Below, in pieces: positions 37,166 through 44,034 of a stretch of DNA of 64,000 nucleotides. Under the pieces are notes generated by a model, which saw only the letters and a program-made list of their open reading frames with translations, was not told the DNA's origin and did no database searches. The position numbers and the translations under genes are program-made. Numbering within the stretch: position 1 is the first letter of the stretch; the number at the start of each line of letters is the position of its first letter. Origin of the DNA: Candidatus Kaiserbacteria bacterium (GTDB lineage: Bacteria > Patescibacteriota > Minisyncoccia > Phycocordibacterales > UBA2100); the NCBI GenBank assembly GCA_016186765.1, contig JACPLD010000005.1, positions 13,785-77,784 on the forward strand, written 5' to 3'.

Positions 37166-37512
37166 AGTTTGCTGTACTTTGTGTATTTCCCTTTCGACTT
37201 CTTCACCGGATATCTCTTCGCGTTTTTCTCCATCTTCTTCTCAAAAGCTTTGCCTAGATCAATGCCGAGGTCGTGGCTCATGGTAAGCACCCAGTACAAA
37301 ACATCTGCTAGCTCCTCTCCAATCTCTTTTTTGTGCGCTTTGACATATTTCTCAATCTCCGCCTTTGTCGCTTTCCACTGAAAATGTTCGAGCACTTCCG
37401 CCGCCTCAAGAGTGAGGGAAAGAGCCATATCTTTCTGGTTGTGGAATTGTTTCCAGTTTCGCGCATCCCGAAACGCGATAACTTTCTTCTGAAATTCCTT
37501 AATATCAGCCAT
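37162..37512 (-). CDS. MazG-like nucleotide pyrophosphohydrolase (DCTPP1-like)
   Basis: RNWKQFHNQKDMALSLTLEAAEVLEHFQW, EELADV, NAKRYP. Confidence 0.92.
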   Translation of the reverse strand: MADIKEFQKKVIAFRDARNWKQFHNQKDMALSLTLEAAEVLEHFQWKATKAEIEKYVKAHKKEIGEELADVLYWVLTMSHDLGIDLGKAFEKKMEKNAKRYPVKKSKGKYTKYSKL

Positions 37513-37585
37513 CGCCTAGGACTATCCCACAAATCTTCATGTTTGACTATTTCTTGCCAATCCAATTCAAGTTGGCCATGTAATG

Positions 37586-38260
37586 TTAATGGGGTTTGCT
37601 CAGATTCTTTGCAATTTCAGTTAGACTTTCAAGAATCTTTTCAGGTATGGTATTTGCGTCTGGTTTATGTTCTGGTCTAGCGCAGAGGACTTCTATCACT
37701 TCGTCTAGGAAGCGTTCTTTTATAACAGCGTCATCCGTCGAGGTAAATATGTTGTGATAAGCCTGCGCCATTGCTTTTCGATTCGCAAAGTCAATCCGTA
37801 GTTTATTGAAATGCGAGAACTGGCGTAATGAAAATACGAGTGCAGTAATAGTCAGAAAATTAATTATGTGATATTCGATCTTGTCGTACCAAAGTTTTCC
37901 CTCTCCTAACCACAAAGACACTGCGAACGAAACTGCAACAGCGACAAAAGAAATAATTGAGTATTTGAACCACTTTGTAGCATCACTCTGATATTCTGAT
38001 TCCTGGTCTTTGTATGCTTGTGCTAGTTTCTTTAATTCTCGATCGTTAAGTTGATCTTGTTTTTCAGAAACACTTTCCTTCAATTTCTCTACCTCGGCTT
38101 TGGCCGCATCCAAGTCCGCTTGCAGCGCTGCTTTCTCAGTAGCGAAAGTGGTGTCTTTGTTTGCCAGATCCTGTACACGCTGAGTTTCCTTGAGGCTTAT
38201 TTCGCCTTTCAGCGTGCTTATTTGAGTCTCCAGGTCTGCTCTACTTGACTTTTTTGCCAT
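37586..38260 (-). CDS. coiled-coil plus two-TM hypothetical protein
   Basis: Heptad-rich N-terminus, two hydrophobic helices; AT-rich DNA. Confidence 0.75.
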   Translation of the reverse strand: MAKKSSRADLETQISTLKGEISLKETQRVQDLANKDTTFATEKAALQADLDAAKAEVEKLKESVSEKQDQLNDRELKKLAQAYKDQESEYQSDATKWFKYSIISFVAVAVSFAVSLWLGEGKLWYDKIEYHIINFLTITALVFSLRQFSHFNKLRIDFANRKAMAQAYHNIFTSTDDAVIKERFLDEVIEVLCARPEHKPDANTIPEKILESLTEIAKNLSKPH

Positions 38261-38297
38261 GAAATCGAATCATCCCACAAATCTTCATTTTGCCTAG

Positions 38298-38323
38298 CCC
38301 TTCGGAGCTTTAGCGAAGTAGGG
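38298..38323. repeat. REP-like hairpin at the edge of the AT-rich island
   Basis: CCCTTCGGAGCTTTAGCGAAGTAGGG, imperfect palindrome. Confidence 0.45.
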
Positions 38324-38416
38324 GGGAACTCAGAGTCGGTGGCGCATCACTGGCATGACGCGCAGAAAAAGAGAGCGTAGAATGAGGGGTATTAGTAGGT
38401 AACAAAACCCCTTACT

Positions 38417-38641
38417 ATGAAAAAAGCTCTTGGGGCAGGCATTGTAGGTTCTCTCCTCTTTGGGGGAATAGTACTCGCGAATTCACACAAGGTGCAGGTA
38501 TGTCACCAGACGAGCGCGGAGAACAACTCAGTCGTGCTGATCAACGTCGCTGCAAAAGCCGTCGACGCGCACCTCGCTCATGGCGACACACTCGCAACGG
38601 ATGGTAACTGCGACGGTAACGGCAGTGGCGACCCGAACTAA
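38417..38641 (+). CDS. small secreted His/Cys-motif protein
   Basis: Signal peptide plus KVQVCH...AVDAHLAHGD...C. Confidence 0.7.
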   Translation: MKKALGAGIVGSLLFGGIVLANSHKVQVCHQTSAENNSVVLINVAAKAVDAHLAHGDTLATDGNCDGNGSGDPN

Positions 38642-38645
38642 CTCA

Positions 38646-38939
38646 TCAGATTTCGAGAGTGAACGTGATGGTGTCGCCTTCGGAGATGCCTTCGGCGCGG
38701 CGGATGGATGCTTTGAGCGGCAGGAGGTAGGTGCCGGAGCGCTTGTCGGGGAAAATGGAGGTCTTCCACTTCGTCTTCCCCATCGTCACGGTCACCCGAA
38801 GTGATCCGAATCCCCTCTTGTGACTTCCATGTCTCTCCTTGATCTCCTCCGACAGCTTTTTATCGACATGCGCAAAATGCCAAGCTCCCTGCTCGCCCGG
38901 CCAGAGCCACACCCTCGCCTTCACCCTGTACTGCTTCAT
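38646..38939 (-). CDS. DUF1905 domain protein
   Basis: GAWHF, RGFGSLRV, WKTSIFP, YLLPLKA. Confidence 0.9.
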   Translation of the reverse strand: MKQYRVKARVWLWPGEQGAWHFAHVDKKLSEEIKERHGSHKRGFGSLRVTVTMGKTKWKTSIFPDKRSGTYLLPLKASIRRAEGISEGDTITFTLEI

Positions 38940-39208
38940 CGCAGCTTTTTGCAAAATGCTAGAATGTGCTCGGCTCGTGGCGTAAGGCGGTGACGTACAT
39001 GAGGGCCGTCGCTGCGCTTCATAAGAAGCCCCGCGATCGCCATTTTTCTGACGTGATCAGATGCGTTCTCATAGCCCATATGGAGACGTTCGGCAATGTC
39101 GTTCACAGAAAGCTCGGGCTGGCGCTTTAAAAGATCCAGCATCTCGAGGCGACGATGATTGGCAAACCCCTTCACGATACGCTCGAGCTTTCGGTACTGC
39201 CCTGCCAT
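38936..39208 (-). CDS. ArsR-type winged-helix protein bracketed by 30-bp palindromes
   Basis: KGFANHRRLEML..LSVNDIAE..ASDHVRKM..AGL; repeats at 38937-38966 and 39224-39253. Confidence 0.85.
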   Translation of the reverse strand: MAGQYRKLERIVKGFANHRRLEMLDLLKRQPELSVNDIAERLHMGYENASDHVRKMAIAGLLMKRSDGPHVRHRLTPRAEHILAFCKKLR

Positions 39209-39262
39209 ACTGATATCGTACCCTATTGCAGTCTTTTGCAAAACACTAGAATATAGAATAGA

Positions 39263-40132
39263 TCAATCGCGGACGAGGACTTGTGTGCCGATGTCGGCCC
39301 ACTCGTAGAGAGTGCGGGCTTCTGCAAGCGGGAGGTTCACACAGCCGTTGGACCAACGACGACTGAAACTATTGTGCCAATAGGCACCGTGGATCACGCC
39401 GCCTTCGTTCGTGAAGTAGAGGTTCCATGGAACTCCTGGAAGATCATAATACTTTTCGCTAATTCCCGGCAGCGGACCTTGCATGTAGCGTGTCGGCGTT
39501 TTTTTGTAGACGGTGAAGTTGCCGCGCGGCGTCGGCGTGAGCTCTATTCCTGTTGAGATCAGAACTTCGATGAAAAGCTGCTCGTCTTCATAGGCATAAA
39601 GCTTTTGCTCCGAGCGATCCACGATGATTCGCTTCGTCGTTGATGCTTGTCCACCTGCCTGCGCAGGCAGGTCGAGCTCGCGAACACCATCGGCATAAAA
39701 ATGCCGCACATCCGATGCCGCGACATACTGGTTCCACACGACGCGCTCCGGATAGCGAAGTGGCTCGTCGAAGACGACTTTGTACCAAAGATGCAGCTCG
39801 TCAAGCGCAGCGCCTTCAACCTTCAGGACGATTCCTTTTCGCAGACGATTGACTATCTTGTATTCCTCGCCTGGTCCCGCACGCGAATACACGCATTCCC
39901 CCGCGTACGCGTAATTGCATCCCATCTCGATCTCTACGTACTCATACAAAGGCGAAGGTGGAACAACTTCGGCGTGAGCTTGCACAACGATTTGCGGCGT
40001 CGCGGATACATCAGGACCATCAGAGGGGCCTGCCTCCGTAGGGAGAAATAGCCACACGAGTGATGCGAGTGCAACGGCAAGGATCGCGCCTGCCGAGAGA
40101 GGAGAGAATCGAATAGTGCGCATCAGCTCCAT
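39263..40132 (-). CDS. L,D-transpeptidase (YkuD family)
   Basis: IIVDRSEQKL, TPRG, IHGAYWH, SNGCVNL. Confidence 0.9.
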   Translation of the reverse strand: MELMRTIRFSPLSAGAILAVALASLVWLFLPTEAGPSDGPDVSATPQIVVQAHAEVVPPSPLYEYVEIEMGCNYAYAGECVYSRAGPGEEYKIVNRLRKGIVLKVEGAALDELHLWYKVVFDEPLRYPERVVWNQYVAASDVRHFYADGVRELDLPAQAGGQASTTKRIIVDRSEQKLYAYEDEQLFIEVLISTGIELTPTPRGNFTVYKKTPTRYMQGPLPGISEKYYDLPGVPWNLYFTNEGGVIHGAYWHNSFSRRWSNGCVNLPLAEARTLYEWADIGTQVLVRD

Positions 40133-40178
40133 TTCTGCATTGTATGCAGGTGAAGCAGCAGAGCCAAATTGTTCGACG

Positions 40179-40778
40179 CTATTGGCTCAAAATGAGAGAG
40201 TCGCGGACCTCGTTGAACGACTCGAGGAGTGTCGTGCGGTCGAACTCCTGTACCGTGCCCGGCTCATAGTTGCCGATGTTGGTCGAGTGCAGAAGATAGC
40301 GCACAGCAGTGCAGGGCTTTGAGCCGATGAGCGCATAGACCTGTTCTTCGTAGATGTTACCCGCAGCAGCGCCGGTTGTCGTTGCGACGGAATAGGTCGT
40401 GGTGCCGACTGTAAGCTCAAATGCTTTAACGTTTGGAACGATGTAGATGTCGCCGGTGCAGTTCTTCGCACGCGGAAGCCATTCGACTGCAATGTACGTA
40501 TTAGAAGAAAGGTTCGTGCCCTCTGCCGCACTCGCTGGTATCGTGAAGCTCACACCCGCAATTGGCTTCCCCTCGAACTGATCGTACGTGTAGGATTCGT
40601 CGAGCGTAAAGTTGCTCGGATACTGAATTGAAAACGTTGAGGTCGCATACGTGCTCATCGTGGGCACTGCGGATGGTGTGGGCGAAGGAAGCGCTGCGGT
40701 ACCAAACGCTTGCCATGCATAATAGCCGCTAAGTGCGATGAGAATGATAACGATTGCACCGATAACGTATTTCGCCAT
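40179..40778 (-). CDS. secreted or membrane-anchored hypothetical protein
   Basis: N-terminal TM helix, FSIQYP, GAAAGNIYE motif. Confidence 0.75.
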   Translation of the reverse strand: MAKYVIGAIVIILIALSGYYAWQAFGTAALPSPTPSAVPTMSTYATSTFSIQYPSNFTLDESYTYDQFEGKPIAGVSFTIPASAAEGTNLSSNTYIAVEWLPRAKNCTGDIYIVPNVKAFELTVGTTTYSVATTTGAAAGNIYEEQVYALIGSKPCTAVRYLLHSTNIGNYEPGTVQEFDRTTLLESFNEVRDSLILSQ

Positions 40779-40896
40779 CGCCTTCATCATGGCACAAAAG
40801 TCTCCAACACGTTTGGTTAGAAAACAAAGAAAAACACTTGTCCACAGAGTGGGTGGGGAACGGCTTGTCCGGCAACGCGGCAGGCTATAATGACCC

Positions 40897-41290
40897 AAAA
40901 CGAAAAGGTGCCTTGGCGGGCACCTTTCGCCGTTTCATTCCACTCCCCTAGTCGTTGAGTCGCCTTCGCCCTACAGAGGGACAAGCGTCCTTCGGGCAAG
41001 GAGGGCTACCAAACCCCTTTACGTCCTCATGTTCTCGCCTGCGTCGGGAATGAACATCGCTCCGTCGGCTGGAAGCTCGAGAAAGTTTCTTTCTTCTCCA
41101 CCCTTGTCGGAGAAGAAGAACCGCCACCCCTCTTGCCACTAGGTCAAAGAATCTCCAGAACCTCTTGAGGCGGTGTTACCCGCTACCAAAGACTTTGAAG
41201 ACCCCGCCGGAGCCCCTGCACGCGCTGCCGCTTCGAGTGCGGCTTCCGCGCAGAGAGAGTGGTGTGGCGATCTTGCGACCGCCACACCGT
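40897..41290 (-). ncRNA. candidate ~390-nt structured non-coding RNA of unknown class
   Basis: TG-C-TAGAAT promoter at 41296-41304, 5' 12-bp GCAA hairpin, many nested helices, intrinsic terminator at 40897-40929; no credible ORF. Confidence 0.7.
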
Positions 41291-41420
41291 CGAAAATTCT
41301 AGCAGAGCTGTTTCGGCGTCAAATCAGTAGACATGCCCGAGAATTGTGGAGAGTGGGTGGATAGGCGGTGGATATCAACAGGCCACGCTTTCAGCCTCAA
41401 AATACGGATATAATTCAGCT

Positions 41421-41645
41421 ATGAACCAACAACTATTGATCGGGGCTGTTATTGGAATAATCGTCGGCGCGGTCGCAGGATACTACTTCGGCTACGACAA
41501 CGGGTGGGAAAAGGCCGTCGCATCGCTGGAATCCCAAAATACTGAAGCGGAAGCGGTGAACCCATTCGAAGACGTGACGACAAATCCTCTCAAAGACGTA
41601 AAGACGAATCCATATCAGGACGTGAAGACGAATCCGTTTGAATAG
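41421..41645 (+). CDS. small membrane-anchored protein with NP(F/L/Y)xDVxT tandem repeats
   Basis: TM helix then NPFEDVTT NPLKDVKT NPYQDVKT NPFE; TATAAT 6 nt upstream. Confidence 0.75.
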   Translation: MNQQLLIGAVIGIIVGAVAGYYFGYDNGWEKAVASLESQNTEAEAVNPFEDVTTNPLKDVKTNPYQDVKTNPFE

Positions 41646-41673
41646 CTTCGAGCTGCAAGCTTCTAGCTTCTAG
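41643..41673 (+). repeat. heptamer array starting at a stop codon
   Basis: TAGCTTC GAGCTGC AAGCTTC TAGCTTC TAG. Confidence 0.65.
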
Positions 41674-41681
41674 ACAAATAC

Positions 41682-43568
41682 ATGAATATAAAAACACTGA
41701 TAGCAACGACTGCAGCGGGAATACTGTTCGCAGCCGGTGTTACGTTTGCGCAAGAAGAAAACGTCACCTTCCCTATTCCGGAATTAGGTGGTTGTGAATC
41801 GAAGGAAGCGTGTCACTCGTATTGCGAAGACTCCGCCAATCACGAGGCGTGCATCACCTTTGCCGAGAAGAACAACTTGATGAGCGAGGACGAGGTTGCA
41901 ATCGCGCGCAAGATCGGGAGCGCAACGGGCCCCGGAGGATGCGTGGGCCTGCAATGCAAAAATTACTGCGACGATGACGCGCATATTGATGAGTGTCTCG
42001 CCTTCGCCGAAGAGCACGGCATCATTCCACCGGAGGAGATCGAAATCGCAAAAGAGGTGCGCACAAAAGGCGGGCCGGGCGGATGCAGGAGCGAGCGGGA
42101 GTGCCGTGCGTACTGCGACGCGGAGGGACATTTTGAGGAGTGCCTCGCGTTCGCGGAGAAACACAATTTGATACCGAAAGAGGAATTGGCGATGGCCAAA
42201 AAAATGGGCGACAAGCCGGGGCCGGGGGGATGCCGGCGCGAGGCGTGCAAGACATACTGTGAAAATCCTGCGCACATGGACGAGTGCATCAACTTTGCCG
42301 TTGAGAACGGATTCATGAGCGCGGAGGAGGTGGAGATGGCCCGCAAGATGGGCAACAAAACCGGCCCCGGCGGATGCCGAGGCGAAGCGTGTCGCACCTA
42401 CTGCGACGACCCCGCACACATGGAAGAGTGCATCAATTTCGGGCTCGAAAATGGCTTGATGAGCCCGGAAGAAGCCGAACGCGCGAAAAAGTTCGGCAAC
42501 AAGCCCGGACCGGGCGGATGTCGCGGAAGGGAGTGCGAGACGTACTGCAAGGATCCGGCTCACATGGACGCGTGCATCGCCTTTGCGGAAGAAAACGGCA
42601 TGATGTCAAAGGAAGAAGCCGGGCAAGCGCGGAAGATCGGTAACAAGCCAGGACCAGGAGGCTGCCGTGGGCAAGAGTGCCGCACCTACTGCGACGATCC
42701 CGCCCACCAGGAGGCCTGCATGCAGTTCGCGATTGAAAACGGCCTTATGAGCGAAGAAGATGCCACCCGCATGAAAGAAATGGGCAACTTCGAGGGACCC
42801 GGCGGATGCAAGGGAGAGGAGTGCCGAACGTACTGCGATGACCCGGCTCACATGGAGGAGTGCCGCGCGTTTGCAGAGGAGCGCGGGTTGCGTGGTCCAC
42901 GCGGCGGACCGGGGCCGGAAGGAATGAAGGGCCCCGGTAGCTGCTCGAGTCCCGAAGAGTGCCGAGCGTACTGCGAAAGCCATCCGGACGAATGCGGAGG
43001 CGGCTTCAAACCGGGCGAAGGGCCCGACCATTCCGTCGGGCAGGAGCGTGCGATTGAGATGCGTGGATTTGAAATCCCGCCAGGACTCATGGAAGAGTGC
43101 AGACAAAATCCCGAAGCGTGCCGGCAGCGTTTCCAAGAGCAAGGCGGCATGGGAGAGGAAGCTCAGCACATGAACAAGTTCCTCGGCCGGCCGGAAGGGA
43201 AACCGTACCAGCCCGAAGGGATGATGCCACCTGAAAGCTTCCGTCCACCCGATGGACAGCAGCATCCCGAGTTTCAGCAGCAGCAGTACCAGCAAGAATA
43301 TCAGCGGCAATATGAGCAACAGTACCAACGACAGTTCGAGCAGCAGTACCAGCAACAATCGCAGCAGTTCATGCCACCGCCTGGCGATCACCCGCCCGAA
43401 GGAGGAAGCTTTGCCCCGCCGCCCGATGGAGGAGGAATGATGCAACCTCCACCCGATGGTGGAACATTCGAGCAACCTCCTCCCCCACCACCTTCTGATG
43501 CACCGCAAGCAGCAGCCTCGAGATTCGTCGCTTCAGTGCTCTCGATTTTCTTGAGTCTGCTCCAGTAG
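41682..43568 (+). CDS. secreted Cys-rich tandem-repeat protein
   Basis: Signal peptide, nine ~48-aa GPGGC-x4/5-C-x2-YC-x(6-8)-C units, Gln- and Pro-rich tail, hydrophobic C-terminus. Confidence 0.85.
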   Translation: MNIKTLIATTAAGILFAAGVTFAQEENVTFPIPELGGCESKEACHSYCEDSANHEACITFAEKNNLMSEDEVAIARKIGSATGPGGCVGLQCKNYCDDDAHIDECLAFAEEHGIIPPEEIEIAKEVRTKGGPGGCRSERECRAYCDAEGHFEECLAFAEKHNLIPKEELAMAKKMGDKPGPGGCRREACKTYCENPAHMDECINFAVENGFMSAEEVEMARKMGNKTGPGGCRGEACRTYCDDPAHMEECINFGLENGLMSPEEAERAKKFGNKPGPGGCRGRECETYCKDPAHMDACIAFAEENGMMSKEEAGQARKIGNKPGPGGCRGQECRTYCDDPAHQEACMQFAIENGLMSEEDATRMKEMGNFEGPGGCKGEECRTYCDDPAHMEECRAFAEERGLRGPRGGPGPEGMKGPGSCSSPEECRAYCESHPDECGGGFKPGEGPDHSVGQERAIEMRGFEIPPGLMEECRQNPEACRQRFQEQGGMGEEAQHMNKFLGRPEGKPYQPEGMMPPESFRPPDGQQHPEFQQQQYQQEYQRQYEQQYQRQFEQQYQQQSQQFMPPPGDHPPEGGSFAPPPDGGGMMQPPPDGGTFEQPPPPPPSDAPQAAASRFVASVLSIFLSLLQ

Positions 43569-43573
43569 TGAGC

Positions 43574-43969
43574 TTACTTCTCCTCCAAATCAAGGCAGAC
43601 TGAATTGATGCAGTAGCGCTTCCCCGTTTTTGTCGGCCCATCGTCAAACACGTGCCCAAGATGCGAGCCGCAGCGCTTACAGGTGATCTCTACGCGGCGC
43701 ATACCGTGTGATGTGTCTTCCATGTACTCAACCGAGTCGGGAAGTGCATCATCGAAACTCGGCCAACCTGTCCCCGAGTCGAACTTTGCACTTGAGTCAA
43801 AGAGCGGGTTCCCGCATGCCGCGCATGCATACGTCCCATCTGCTTTCTCGTGAAGGTACTCTCCTGTAAACGCAGGCTCCGTCCCCTTCTCCCGCAACAC
43901 GCGGTACTGTTCGGGTGTAAGTACTTTTTTCCACTCTTTCTCGCTTTGAGGCATGGGATGTTGTGTCAT
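43574..43969 (-). CDS. msrB: peptide-methionine (R)-S-oxide reductase
   Basis: [34 protein letters not shown]. Confidence 0.97.
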   Translation of the reverse strand: MTQHPMPQSEKEWKKVLTPEQYRVLREKGTEPAFTGEYLHEKADGTYACAACGNPLFDSSAKFDSGTGWPSFDDALPDSVEYMEDTSHGMRRVEITCKRCGSHLGHVFDDGPTKTGKRYCINSVCLDLEEK

Positions 43970-44034
43970 GCGCTAACTATAGCAAACCGCGCCCCGCAAA
44001 CGCGGGACGCAGCATGCGTATCGAATAATGTCCG

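Noticed and set aside
40897-41290. Orphan RNA as tmRNA, SRP RNA or a second rnpB
   Set aside because: No tRNA-Ala-like ends or tag ORF, no SRP helix-8 motif, and no P4 catalytic motifs.
40838-41375. DnaA-box-like 9-mers flanking the orphan RNA, read as a replication origin
   Set aside because: The matches are imperfect, no dnaA/dnaN or AT-rich unwinding element is nearby, and similar boxes are scattered elsewhere (e.g. 9792, 59001).
41784-43000. 144-bp periodic DNA repeats as a CRISPR-like or non-coding array
   Set aside because: They are fully explained by protein repeats with synonymous variation.
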